A stretch of 64,000 bases of DNA from Octopus vulgaris (Eukaryota). Below, piece by piece: positions 44,216 to 58,593 of the stretch. Location of the stretch: NCBI GenBank assembly GCA_951406725.2, contig OX597828.1, positions 21,390,001 to 21,454,000 of the forward strand. The letters are read 5' to 3'. Both the position numbers and the translations under genes were made by a program. Position 1 is the stretch's first letter, and each line of letters starts with the position of its first letter. Under the pieces are notes generated by a model. It had not been told where the DNA came from and made no database searches. It was given only the letters and a program-made list of their open reading frames with translations.

Positions 44216-46399
44216 AGAAGAGGAAAATAATTTTTTTTTAAATTGAGGAAGGAGAAAAAAGAAATTTACAATGCTTTTTTCAAAAAAATAATAATACATA
44301 TATATACAAAAATTAATAAATAAGTAGGCCAATACATTGTAGAGTCTTTATGCTTTTAGAGATCAATAATAGTCATTGGAAAAACTTCTTTGGAGGATTA
44401 CTTTAAAGGGTTGGGTGAATGTGTGTGAAAACAGGAAATGGGGTAGGAGTTAGCCAGTTCCTGTGAGTAAGGGGAGACAATTCTGTGGACTTTATGCTCT
44501 TTAATTGGAATGATGGATTTTTTTTGTCAAACACGATGCTTATATCAATTTTTTGTCAGATAGGATGCTAGAAAAAGTAATATGGTCACCGTGGAGTTTG
44601 CATATTAAGACGCGTTTGGAATTTTAAAATACATATATTCTCCTTGTTGATTCTTTTTGTGTAGAGATTCTGTCTTTACATTGGTAGAATGGGAATATGG
44701 GAAATTTGGGATTTTTATCTCTAGCGCAAGAGTCTATGTGGCTACTTAGTGGAATTTGACGGTATTGTGAAAGATTTATCTGTTCTTTATGGACCGCTAC
44801 TCTTCTACGTAAAGGAAGGCTCGGTTGTCCAACATAATTGTGTTGGCAACCGGTGCATGTGAGAACGTAGATGAGTTCTCGGAGGAATAGGAGAAGTTGG
44901 TCTTGATTTTAAACTTTGTTCCTTGTTTGAAAGTAAATTGAGAGCCTTCAAGTAGGAAGGGGCATGTAACACAGTTAGGGTGTGCACAGTTTTTAACTGA
45001 TGGGTGTGGATGTGGTGTGGGAAGTTTGGGATTGGTTAAGAGTTTTTTCAAAGATTTATGTTGCCTTTTGCATTTAAGGATTTTTTGTGTATTGATAATA
45101 TTATTCATTTTTGGGACTGTGGACAGTAAGGGGAGGTTTTGTTTGATTGTGGTGTATGCTTCGGAGTTTTTGGGGTTGTGGGTGGAAGTATTTTGGGGTT
45201 GGGTGGTTTTCAGTGTATTATTGTCTAGTTCATTGGCACGTTTTCTTCCATAGTCTATGAGTGTGGAGGGATATTGGCGTTGTAATAGTGTTTTTTTAGG
45301 TCTTGAAGGCGTATTTCTCCAGTTTTTGGATCCGAGACAATGGTGCATTCCCTTTTAGCTAAGTTAAAAGGGATATTTATCTTGGTGTGTTTTGGGTGGC
45401 ATGAACTGAAGAGGAGGTATCGTTGTGAGTCTGTAGGTTTGTGGTAGATGTCTATTGTGATTTGGTTGTTAGGTGTTTTTATAATTAGGAGATCAAGGAA
45501 AGGGAGATGATGTTTGCTGAATTCCATAGTGAATTGAATGTTGGGATGTATGTTGTTCACTGTGGTTTTTAATTCCAGAAGTTTATCGTAAGATTCTTTC
45601 CATATGATGAAACAATCATCTAGGTATCTTTTCCAGTTTTCCATTAAGTAGATGTGGAAAGGTGTCCATTTTCCTGGCGTGATATCTCGTAGAGTGATAG
45701 TTCGAAGAAACTCATTATGAGGTTCGCAAGGACTAGTGCAGCTTTGGTACCCATCGCGATACCACATTTTTGACGGAAGTGTGAATTTTCGAAGAGGAAA
45801 TAATTGATTGTCAGAATGAACTTGAGTGATTCCGTAATAAAGGTCTTGTTAATGCGGATAGGAAATGCCTCTGGCTGTTTCGCTAGCCAGAATTCAATTG
45901 CCTCAATACCATATTCATGTGGGATGTTGGTATAGAGGTTAATAACATCAAATTTTATGAATGGATTTTTGGATTTATAGTTTAATATGAATTGTGTTTC
46001 ATAATTGAGGAAGAAATCTTTGTTTTCCCAGCGTTTAAGGGAAGTTCGATCTTCCTTTTCACATTCTTCTTTCCATAGTTTAACGACATGTTCGAGGGGC
46101 TGTTCCTTGGTGTGTGAGCTAAGTTCCAAAAGCATCTCATCATTTATTTTTGTGTATTTTTGTTCGTGGTTTGACACACATTCACCCAACCCTTTAAACT
46201 AAACACTACATTTAAGCACATGCATCCTAATCCCCCAAAGAAGTTTTTCCAAGGACTATTATTGACCTCTAAAAGCATAAAGACTCTACAATGTATTGGT
46301 CTACTTTGTATATATGTATTATTATTTTTTTGAAAATAAAAAACATTGTAAATTCTTTTTCCCCTTCCTCAATTGTAAAAAAAATTCTTTTCCCCTTCC

Positions 46400-46441
46400 A
46401 AATCTTGAAAATTTGCCTTCCAATGAAAACAGTTTTGATTT
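46400..46441 (+). ncRNA. Minimal hammerhead motif (U3-A8) in the inverted pLTR copy
   Basis: AAATC-TTGAAAA-t-TTG(ccttc)CAA-t-GAAA-ACAG-TTTT-GATTT. Confidence 0.58.
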
Positions 46442-46905
46442 ATTATTATTTCTTTTTTAATTTACCATACACCCATTTCTATTAAAATTTACTTTCAATT
46501 TAGCATTCTGCCTCATTATAATTTTTCCTCTCCTATATACATATATATATATTTTACGGAAACAGACGATCATCTTCAAAAATGTGAATAAACACACGTG
46601 GTTTATAAGTGGTTTGTAAGTGACAGCCGTGTGTTCCCAGATCGAAAGATCGCCCAAATTTAATGGTTAAACAGAGGTCCAATAGAATAGCTTTCAGAAA
46701 CAGACTACGTACAAATTCATTCTTTACAACTCCTGAAGCTAACAGGGGTTGGGTGGGGGTGAGTAAGGAAATTTTCAGACAGCTGGAGGGTCCAATCGAA
46801 ACAGGGGACCCGAAATGATGAGGTTGAGAAACGCTGTTATAGATTATGCCTAACCGAAGATGATCACATCCACATCATCCAAACAAACCGGGTGAAACAG
46901 GGTGA

Positions 46906-47013
<108 letters not shown>

Positions 47014-47469
47014 GTGTAATAAATAAAATATATGCATACATACAAACATATATGTACGTACCGACATCTACATGTATATATACATGCATATATAAATATA
47101 TATATACGTACAGGACACCACAGGAAGACGAAAAAATCAACAGAACGAAAACGGAGAAGACATTTTGTTACAACAGAAGGACAGAGACCTGGAACAAGAC
47201 GAAACGAAAACGAAAACGGGAAAAACAATTATGTGCAGCAGAAAAACGAAGTACAGGACATGCTGCACAAGGAAAAATCCCCTTCATCAGCTGTCGCTAG
47301 CAGACACGTGTTTCGAAGGCAGAGACAGAACACGTAAGGTCAAGCTAGGTCTTCCTACGAGAGAATTAAAATAAAATAAACTCGTAGAGGGGTAAACGAG
47401 CAAGAAAAAATGTAACACAAAAAGGGACGTAACAAAGAAATGCACAAAAAATACATACAAGAAAAAATA

Positions 47470-47519
<50 letters not shown>

Positions 47520-47567
47520 AAACAACTCAAGATAGAAAATGCTAAAATAATTTTATAAAGAACATTT

Positions 47568-47604
47568 CAGTACCGGTTTCGGTTATTTGAGACCTTTTCA
47601 ACCA
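47568..47604 (-). ncRNA. Minimal hammerhead motif (U3-A8) in a solo pLTR-like fragment (~47515-47650)
   Basis: The minus strand reads GTGG-TTGAAAA-GGT(ctcaaata)ACC-GAAAC-CG-GTA^-CTG, with palindrome ACCGGT and a GUA triplet. Confidence 0.65.
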
Positions 47605-47810
47605 CAACAATTAAAAATTTAAATTTAGAAAAATTAAAAGAAAAGTTTTTTAAAAAGAATATTTGTATAGTGTTCAAATATTAGTGGCATTTTCCTTGTT
47701 TCTGCCTTTCTCTGTCTCTCTTGTTTACTCTTCTGGGTTCAAGGTCCATATATATATAGTTTTCTATCTGTCTGTCTGTCTATCTCTCTCTCTATCTGTC
47801 TATCTGTCCG

Positions 47811-47896
<86 letters not shown>

Positions 47897-47897
47897 C

Positions 47898-47962
<65 letters not shown>

Positions 47963-49162
47963 CATACATTCACATATATTTTCATCTTTTCTCCATGCCA
48001 CGTTTTAGTTCCGCACACAGTTGTTCTTTTCCTTTCCCTTTCAACTTCCTCCTCTCATTTCGGTTTGCGTCGTCCTGAATTCTTTTCCACTTCAATTATT
48101 CTATTTCTCTGTGATTTTCTTTTCCAATGTGACTTTTATTTCCTTCTCATATTTCTTTCTTGTTTTGGTTGGGAATCTATATTCTATGTTCTTGTTTCAC
48201 ATCATTTCCACGCTTCTTCGTAGTTTCACCTCAGTAAAGAATCTTCGATAAATCTTCATTTTGTTCCAGTTGTTGATACTTGAAAAAAATGGTTTGTTTG
48301 TTGTTTCTTTTGTTTTTGTTTTTTTTTTCTTTCTGTGTGCGAATTTTGAGTTTTGATATTAAAAGACAAATGCGAAATTACGTATCGTAAAACACATATA
48401 AAAAAAAAGTCAATGGTATCAACGAAAACAAACATAAACCAGTAGCTGCAGAAGCGGCAGCAGCAGCACCACGACCACCACCATGACCATCATCACCACC
48501 GTCACCACTGTCGCGGCCGCATTTACCACCACTACTACTACCACCACCACCACCACCACCACCACGAAGACCACTGCTGCCATTACCAGCAACAATTACC
48601 ATATCAAAAGACAGTAGCAACAATAACAGAAGCAAAACGCTACCACCACCACCACCACCATCACCACCACCACCACCATCACTACCAATACCACCATCAC
48701 CACCACCACCACCATCACCACCAACACCATCACCACAAATATCACCACCACGAATACCATCACCACCAATACCACCAACACCACTACCATTGCAAACGCC
48801 GCCGCTGCCACCGTCACCACCACCGTCACCGCCACCATCTCCTCCACAACCACCAGTAACACCACCACCACCAAACATCAACCTCAACCGCTACAAACAA
48901 AAACAACAACAACGGCAATAACAACAGTATCAAGGAACAAACAAAATCCGAACCGGTAATAAACAGAACGGCACAAGAACATCTGACAAAGATATTTCTC
49001 AAGATTCTCACAGAATGGAATAACCATTATGTTTCCTCCAAAATGGAGTAATATTTTCAAGTGAAAGAACCAAGAAAAGGAATAAAGATATTTCATAGTT
49101 CGATGAAGAATTCGGTTAAAAATATTATTCAGTATTTATTGTGTAGTTTTAGGGGTTGTTGT

Positions 49163-49490
49163 GAAGGCACGTAGCTTAGTGGTAAAGGATATTCGGTTCA
49201 GGATCGCAACGTCGTGCGTTCGATACCCAGCGACGAGTTGTGTCTTTTGAGCAATACACTTTATTTCACGCTGTTGCCGTCCACACAGCTAGCAAAAATG
49301 TGTTGTATCCGTATTTGAAAAGGGCCACCCATGTTATATTCTACGTCACGCTGAATCTCCCCGGGATCTACGTTAAAGGTACGCATGTCTGTGGAATGCT
49401 CAGCCACTTGCACGTTAATCTTACGAGCAGGCTGTTTCGTCATTGACCGGATTTACTGGAATAGTCGTTGTCGTAACTGACGGAATGCCA
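49163..49490 (+). mobile_element. SINE family C (tRNA head plus CORE-like domain)
   Basis: A-box TAGCTTAGTGG, B-box GTTCGATACC, TGTGTCTTTTGAGCAATACACTTTA, and a 3' part matching 54919-55127. Confidence 0.85.
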
Positions 49491-49657
49491 GTTTAATGGT
49501 TACTAAACCCATCCAACCCCACATTACAAGTGTTTTTTGTAGTCCCTCATCACCGTAATCGTTACCACCAGCACCACCAGTACCATCCTCCTCATCATCC
49601 GCGTCAATATATATATACAATCAGAAGAATCCATTTGAATGGATGCAAGCGCTAATA

Positions 49658-51145
<1,488 letters not shown>

Positions 51146-51263
51146 TATGATTTATAAAAACACGTGACACATTAATAAAAATCTGTAAATATAAAACCAT
51201 CCAGATTTCTGAGCACTTATTTCTTCTAATATATAACCTGTACATCATCTCCAAACCTTCCAA
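51146..51263 (+). mobile_element. 3' half of a pLTR-like repeat split by the Helitron
   Basis: CCATCCAGATTTCTGAG..TTCTTCTAATATATAA..GTACATCATCTCCAAACCTTC matches 40193-40320 (reverse) and 40560-40650. Confidence 0.82.
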
Positions 51264-51295
51264 TACATACATACATACATACATACATACATACA

Positions 51296-51402
<107 letters not shown>

Positions 51403-51457
51403 GTATGTATATATATTGTATATATATATATATATATACATACATATATATATATTG

Positions 51458-51637
51458 GGTGTGTGGTATCTAGCTTGTTAACAACCACATGTTTCCGGGT
51501 TCAGTCCAACTGCGCGGCACCTTGGGCAAATATCTTCTACTATAGCCTCGGGCCGACCAAAGCCTATTGAGTGGATTTGGTAGACGGAAACTGAAAGAAG
51601 CCCGTCGTATATACATATGTATATATATATATATATG

Positions 51638-51671
<34 letters not shown>

Positions 51672-51886
51672 ATGTGTTTGTGTGTATGTGTTTGTCCTCC
51701 CAACAGCGCTTGACAACCGATGCTGGTGTGTTTACGTGCCCGTAAGCTAGCGGTTCGGCAAAAGAGACCGATAGAATAAGTACTAGTTTACGAAGAATAA
51801 GTCCTGGGGTCGATTTGCGCGACTAAAGGTGGTGCTCCAGCATGGCCGCAGTCACATGACTGAAACAAGTAAAAGAATAAAAGAAA
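51458..51886 (+). mobile_element. SINE family B, near full length
   Basis: Colinear with 42359-42780. Confidence 0.92.
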
Positions 51887-51949
51887 ACACACACACACAC
51901 ACATACACATACACATATATATTAACAAGTCAACAGTTATACTTTAATG

Positions 51950-52107
51950 CAGAGCCGGACTGAGCCGTCGGTTAATCGGGCTCTGCCTGAGGGCTCGGAG
52001 CCCTGAGGGGCCCGCACTCAACATGCTAACTCTTCTAAAACACATATTAGAAGGGGCCCAGTAAACAGTTATGCCCGAGGGCTCTTAATACTTTCAGTCC
52101 GTCCCTG
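51950..52107. mobile_element. hAT-type MITE (158 bp)
   Basis: TIRs CAGAGCCGGACTGA / TCAGTCCGTCCCTG. A perfect 8-bp TSD CTTTAATG lies at 51942-51949 and 52108-52115. Confidence 0.9.
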
Positions 52108-53027
52108 CTTTAATGCAATGTTGAATTTCCCTAGAGAAATGAATAATTTACGCTAATTATGCAGTAATAGGAACTGTTGTCTCGGCTTTTACTGCAAAAT
52201 ACAGGCGGTACTTTTGACATTTTGTATGTAAATATATATGATGGTACCTCGAATATAGGTCGATACGTAGTCAACATTGCTATTTCAAATTTCAGCAGGT
52301 TTGATCTAATAAGGGGAACATTATTCTTTCACTTCCAGAAGGGTATCGAGTTTATTTGACAACCTGTTCTTAGAAATACTGCTATCGGGTCGCTTGTTGT
52401 AAATGTATTCGCCAATATTAACAAAAAATAAATATTACCCAAGTCTTTATGTGTTGCAACACAGGGTTTTAATAATTATTATACGAGTCTTACATTGCAC
52501 TCGAACTGAACCAGAAGAAAAAAACAACAAAAGAGAAAAGAAAAGAAGAAATAGAAGAAAAATTCTCTAAACGTACATCTTTTTGTTTTTCATTTTTAAT
52601 TTTAGTTCCTTCATATATTTCCGAAGGAAAAGTATATTAGTAAGTAATAGTAATGTTCTTTTTTAACATGAAAAATCTTTGTTCCTTTCATGTGCATTTA
52701 CTTTAGACAATAACTAAGAATGATCAGCATGTTTATCAAAACAGAACGTCCATTTTAAGCTTATAAATTACATTTTTGCACCCAAACGAAGTTGAAAATT
52801 TTCGCACTTTTTCTTCACTTATTTTGTCGATGTCACAGAAATGTCGATAACATCTTTAACATTTATAAAGCAATGAGTGACTTTGGTAGATTTGTTACTT
52901 CTATAAGCTATATAAGATTCTTCATGACAAAAATCAATGGCCGTCATGGTTGCAGGGTCAGCCATGATTTTGCCTAGCGTTGTATTCTGAAATATACGTA
53001 CATTGAGTTCAGATCATAGGTCATCGT

Positions 53028-53132
53028 GAAGGAGCGTGGCTTAGTGGTTAAGGTATTCGGCTGACGATCGTAAGATCGTGGGTTCGATTCCCGGCGGCGC
53101 ATTGTGTCCTTGAGCAAGACACTTTATTTTCG
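53028..53132 (+). mobile_element. SINE family C 5' part (tRNA head plus CORE-like start)
   Basis: TGGCTTAGTGG, GGTTCGATTCC and TGTGTCCTTGAGCAAGACACTTTATTT. Confidence 0.85.
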
Positions 53133-53134
53133 CA

Positions 53135-53870
53135 TGTAGATTGATTAATCCGGCTAAAACTGAAATAGGCATTATTAACAAATATATCTTGGATGTATTT
53201 TAACTAAATTAGATAGTGAATTAGATTTGAGAATTTGGGAAAATAGTCAGTTATAGATAGGTTTAAAGGGATTAACTATAAGCATAACTGCAATTTTACG
53301 CAGTTTGATATTATTTACTTTTATCCGTCAATATCTGGGCCTTTACTCCTAAAACCATTAGACTTCGCCAAGTTGTATGTCAACATCCATAACTCGGAAA
53401 TAGATATTATCATACATGCGAGGAAATCACTTCTTTTTTTTCGAGGATTCCACCTGGGTTAAGAAGAGTGAAGATTCTCTTTTCGATGTACCGATGGAGG
53501 CATACGACGGGGCTGTGTTATATATGCTCATAGGAGCTTATATTCTACACAATCTAAAACTAGAATTCCCGTTTATAGACGCAGGTTTATATAGGGATGA
53601 CGGCCTTATAGTCACCCATAATTTAAAAGGCCATGAATAAGATAAGCTTAGGAAGGATCTTATTGCTTTCTTCCAAAGGATGAGCTTACGGGTTACGATA
53701 GATACTAACCGGAAAAGTGTAGAGTTTTTAGATGTAAATTTGGATTTAAGGTCGGATAAAATTAAACCTTAGCGTAAGCCTAATGATAAGCTATCTTATA
53801 TTAGCAAACAATCAAATCATCCGCCAGTTATTCTTAGGAACTTAGTCAGAAATGTAGGTAGACGAATATC
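53135..53870 (+). pseudogene. PLE reverse transcriptase fragment of a different clade (GLYRDDG type)
   Basis: Peptides QFDIIYFYPSIS, FDVPMEAYDGA, GLYRDDGL, VEFLDVNLDL, RKPND and SNHPP, with stops and frameshifts. Confidence 0.87.
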
Positions 53871-54325
53871 GTCATGTAATGTTTGGATTGGCATACTTCT
53901 CTGTCGAATCCCCGACATGTCATGTAATGTTATGCATTGGCCCTGCCCCCTTGGCGAATCCACGATATGTCATGTATCTCCGACATGTCATGTAATGTAA
54001 TGGATTGGGTCTACCCCTCTGGCGAAACCCCGACATGTCATGTAATGTTATGAATTGGTCCTGCCCCTCTGACGAATCTCCGACATGTCATGTAATGTTA
54101 TGGTTATGTCTGCCCCTCTAGCGAATACGTGACAGTTCATGTAATGTTATGGATTGGCCCTGCCCCTCTGGCGAATCCCCGACATATAATGTAATGTTAT
54201 GGTTGGGTCTGCCCCTCTGGCGAATCTCCGACATGTCATGTGATGTTATGGCAGGATCTGCCCCTCTGGCGAATCTCCGACATGTCATGTAATGTTATGG
54301 GTTTGCCGTACCCCTCTGGCAAATC
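53866..54325. repeat. ~48-50-bp minisatellite, about 9-10 units
   Basis: Unit CGACATGTCATGTAATGTTATGGATTGGCCCTGCCCCTCTGGCGAATCYC. Confidence 0.95.
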
Positions 54326-54362
54326 TCAAGATAAAATCCCTACAGAGCGGAAAAATCTGTCA

Positions 54363-54437
54363 GCAACCAGTTATGAGACTCGAACTCACATCCCTTCAAT
54401 TTTCGATCAAAGTGTGTTACCATTCAAGCTAAACTGC
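54363..54437 (-). mobile_element. tRNA-like head (pseudo-tRNA or SINE head) flanked by a ~28-bp inverted repeat
   Basis: Minus-strand A-box TAGCTTGAATGG and B-box GAGTTCGAGTC. The inverted repeat lies at 54330-54358 and 54471-54498. Confidence 0.6.
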
Positions 54438-54918
54438 TTTACTGAGAAATTCTTCTGCGATTTAGAATTTAGAATTTCTGCTCTGTAAGGATTTTATCCT
54501 ATATTTGCTGTTCTATCAGTACTTACGCGTTGAAAAATTTTTTCTACTTGTACTACAATACATTTCAGAGCTTCAAAAACAAACTGTTTGTTTACATATG
54601 ACCTAATTTATATATGTATGTGTGAGTATATATATATATATGTTCTTTTGAGAACATAGAACACTAAGGCGCAAGAAAACAGTGAGATCCGAAAATTTTG
54701 GCTGGAATATTCAACAGTGAATATTTAACAAGATTCTGGTTGAGATGTCTAATAAGACACCGGTGAAGTCTAGGAACACAACTGGTAAACTGATAGAAAG
54801 AAAAAGCAAAATAATGCCAACTCAATATCCAAACTTAAAGAAACGCCAAGCTATGAAAACATTCAACCTGAAATTACACAGCCTTCAAATACCTTAACTA
54901 CAGTAATATCGCAATGTA

Positions 54919-55127
54919 CCTGTATTTCAAAAGGGCCGGCCTTATCACTCTCTGTGTCACGCTGAATATCCCCGAGAACTACGTGTCTGTGTCACGCTGA
55001 ATATCCCCGAGAACTACGTGTCTGTGGAGTGCTCAGCCACTTACACGTTAATTTCACGAGCAGGCTGTTCCGTTGATTCGGATCAACCGGAACCCTCGTC
55101 GTCGTAACCGACGGAGTGCTTCCATCC
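54919..55127 (+). mobile_element. SINE family C, 5'-truncated, with an internal ~35-bp duplication
   Basis: TSD ATCGCAATGTA at 54908-54918 and 55128-55138. TGTGTCACGCTGAATATCCCCGAGAACTACGTGTC occurs twice. Confidence 0.87.
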
Positions 55128-55144
55128 ATCGCAATGTATAGTAA

Positions 55145-55390
55145 GTATGAATGACGATGGGAATGCACCTAGAAAGTTACCCTCCGAGGCCCAAGTCCGG
55201 GCAAGGTTGTTTATGGAAGACCAGCAGTCGCCGATGCATACCAGCCTCCCATCACCACGCCACCGATGTTATCCAAAGGAAAGGCAACAGCTGATACAGC
55301 TTGGCACCAGTCATATCACATCTCATTTCTACAGCTGAGTAAACTGGAGCAATGTGAAATAAAATGTCTTGCTCAAGAACACAACACACG
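55145..55390 (-). mobile_element. SINE family D lacking its head
   Basis: Reverse complement of 58670-58912. Confidence 0.85.
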
Positions 55391-55682
55391 AGTCTAGTTC
55401 CAGTGAAAGTGATTCAGAAATCGATTATAATAATAATAATATCTTTTTAATTATAGATGATCTTGACATTTGTTTTACTTGACATAAAATATTCTTTACA
55501 TTCTGTTGTTGTGTGATTGCCATTTATTTACAAGTATTATAAATTTTATCGGTAAAATATATTTCTGCGAACGAATTACGATTTATAACATTGCTACTAT
55601 AGGGAAATCATTGCTCTGTTTTACGAGTTTCGATTTTCGAGCGGTCTCCGGGAACAAATTAACTTGTATATCGACGCATTAC

Positions 55683-55716
<34 letters not shown>

Positions 55717-55794
55717 CACACAAACACACACACACACATACACACACACACACACACACGCACACACATGTATGTATGTGTGAGTGCATGTGTG

Positions 55795-56032
55795 TATGTA
55801 TGCGTCTTTTTGTTGTTGTGTTTGTCAGTCCAACAGCTGAAACCGGTGCTAGCTTGCTTACATCCCTGAGATTCACGATTCGGCAAAAGCAATAGACACA
55901 AAAAGTAACAAACTTCGAAAAAAACAACAAAAAAAAACAACAAAGCAACACAAAATAAGTGCTTAGGGAATTTGTTCGACTAAACACTTTAAGGCTGTGA
56001 TCCAGAATTTCTAATGACTAAAACGAGTGAAG
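55795..56032 (+). mobile_element. SINE family B 3' half, decayed
   Basis: TGTGTTTGTC..AACCG.TGCT..TTCGGCAAAAG..ATTTGTTCGACTAAA. Confidence 0.6.
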
Positions 56033-56039
56033 GACATGC

Positions 56040-56478
56040 GCAACTGGTACTTAGTTTATCAACACCCAAAAGGACGAGAGGCAAAGTCAACGTCGGCGGA
56101 ATTTGAACTCAGAACGTAAGACAGAAGAAATACTTATTTCTTTACTACCCACAAGGGGCTAAATGGAGAGAGGACAAACAAGGACAGACAAACGGATTAA
56201 GTCGATTATATCGACACCAGTGCGTAACTGGTACTTATTTAATCGACCCCGGAAGGATGAAAGGCAAAGTCGACCTCGGCGGAATTTGAACTCAGAACGT
56301 AACGGCAGACGAAATACCTATTTCTTTACTACCCACAAGGGGCTAAACACAGAGGGGACAAACAAGGACAGACAAACGGATTAAGTCGATCATATCGACC
56401 CCAGTGCGTAGCTGGTACTTATTTAACCGATGCCAAAATGGATGAAAGGCAAAGTCGACCTCGGCGGAATTTGATCTC
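56040..56478 (-). mobile_element. Head-to-tail tandem of headless SINE A units (period 184 bp)
   Basis: GGCAAAGTC.AC.TCGGCGGAATTTGA occurs three times. The junction GAAATAC|(C/T)TATTTCTTTAC occurs at 56133 and 56317. Confidence 0.9.
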
Positions 56479-56549
56479 ATATATATATATATACGTAATG
56501 ACATTTACGTATATAAATAAATATGCATGTATGGATATATTTATTACAG

Positions 56550-56585
<36 letters not shown>

Positions 56586-56871
56586 ATACATATTTGTATG
56601 TGTGTATGTATGTACGTGTGATGTGTGTATGTATGTGTTTGTGTACGCGTGCGTGTAGCGAAGACAATTCAGTCTAACGTCATTAATAACTGAAACTTTA
56701 TTCAACAAAAAAAATTCGATTATCGTTTCTTTCAGGATGTCTATTCCTGCGATAGTCATTGGAAATAATTCCTACAAAGACTCAAATATTATGAACTGCA
56801 GAGGTGTGGGATGTACGTATATATATACATGTATACAATGTATACATGTATACAATATATGTATACAATGT

Positions 56872-56907
<36 letters not shown>

Positions 56908-56931
56908 TTATATGTATGTGTATATATATTC

Positions 56932-56977
<46 letters not shown>

Positions 56978-57096
56978 AAATATACATATATATATGTGTA
57001 TGTACATATATTTGTATATATATGAGTACATATATATATTTATGTATATGCACATACACAGTTATACATACATATATATATATATATTTGTATATA

Positions 57097-57142
<46 letters not shown>

Positions 57143-57209
57143 CATATATATATATATATGCGCTTATACATATATATATACATATATATATATATATATG
57201 CGCTTATAC

Positions 57210-57241
<32 letters not shown>

Positions 57242-57375
57242 GAATGTATATATATATATATATGCGTATGTGTTTGTGCATATATGTATGTCCGTAAGTA
57301 TGAAGTAATATATACGTACACAGATGCATATGTACATATATATGTATCCGTGTCATTTGTGTGTATATTTATATC

Positions 57376-57419
<44 letters not shown>

Positions 57420-57428
57420 CCTACCTAC

Positions 57429-57480
<52 letters not shown>

Positions 57481-57784
57481 GTTTGTATACATACATATAA
57501 ATCCATGCATATTTGTATACATATGTGCTCGTGTGTGTATTTGGATATGTGTCTGTATATATATGTGTGTGCTGGTAGATAAGTAAGTAAAACCGTAAAC
57601 TATTGTATCAGGTTTTAAAGGGAAATAATTTTATTATATCCGATGTTTTGGGGTTTTATATATCATAAAGAGATTGGAACAGTTTTTCTCAATAAAATAG
57701 AGGAAAAAAAGCAAGCATAAATCTAGTCTTTCCAACACAAATAATAATGTAATGACAATTATTATTATTGTTATTTTTATTTTG

Positions 57785-57859
<75 letters not shown>

Positions 57860-58593
57860 GTTATTGTTGTTGTTATTATTATTATTATTATCATTATTAC
57901 TGCTATTATCCTTTCCCTATTCCTCATGCTCCTCCTCTTTCTCCTGCTTCTCCTACTGTTTCTCCTACTGCTTCTCCTGCCCCTCCTGCCCGCCCCCATA
58001 CTCCCTTCCTCTTTCCCTCCTCCCCGTACACAACTCCTTACTATTCAGAGCTGACATCGTTCAGACGTGTTAGAATGTTGCGCCGTCAGTTGTTAACGCT
58101 CTCTAATTGTAACTGAAGGAATTATTTTTCTTTATTTTATTTCATTTTAGTTTAGACATTATCTAAAATTGAATCCATTATTGGCTATTTCAAACACTCT
58201 ACCCCACCACCATCACCGCCGCCGCCGCCGCTGCTATGCTGCGGTTAGACCAACAAAATTAATCTCCTCCCCCCGCTACATTTCTTTTTTCAATAGAAAA
58301 TTGTTTTTAATTTCGCGTCTGATTGCAAGGCTAAAATGATTTCTGTTCCAAGGACCTCCCTCCACAAAAATTACATTGACCAAAGCAAAACTGTTGCTGC
58401 CTCCTCCGAAAATTAAAAAAAGCGAGAAAGAAAAGAGGAAAAAAAACGTAAACAAATCGGCGCATGCCTAATCATGTGCTTAAGAAGTTAGCTTTGTAAT
58501 CTCGCGGTTTTGGGTGAGATCCCACACCACAGCACATTAGTCAAGTGTCTTTTACATATTACATATATTAATAACCACAGTAGACATGCAAGT

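Larger units (their letters stand above)
44173..46441 (-). mobile_element. Penelope-like element (RT + GIY-YIG), decayed, bounded by ~250-bp inverted pLTR copies
   Basis: RT motifs FDVINLYTNIPH, GIAMGT, WKRYLDDCF, LPFLDL and YHKPTDSQRYL..SCHP; Cys linker CAHPNCVTC; GIY-YIG LIYVLTCTGC..YVGQ. Inverted repeats lie at 44173-44426 and 46175-46441. The 5' part of the RT is deleted. Confidence 0.92.

Noticed and set aside
53866-54325. CRISPR-like array
   Set aside because: The whole unit repeats with no unique spacers, there are no cas genes, and the context is eukaryotic. It is a minisatellite. The same applies to 37510-38590 and 22725-22838.
53028-55127. One SINE C split by a 1.8-kb insertion
   Set aside because: The 3' piece has its own 11-bp TSD (ATCGCAATGTA), so it is an independent truncated insertion.
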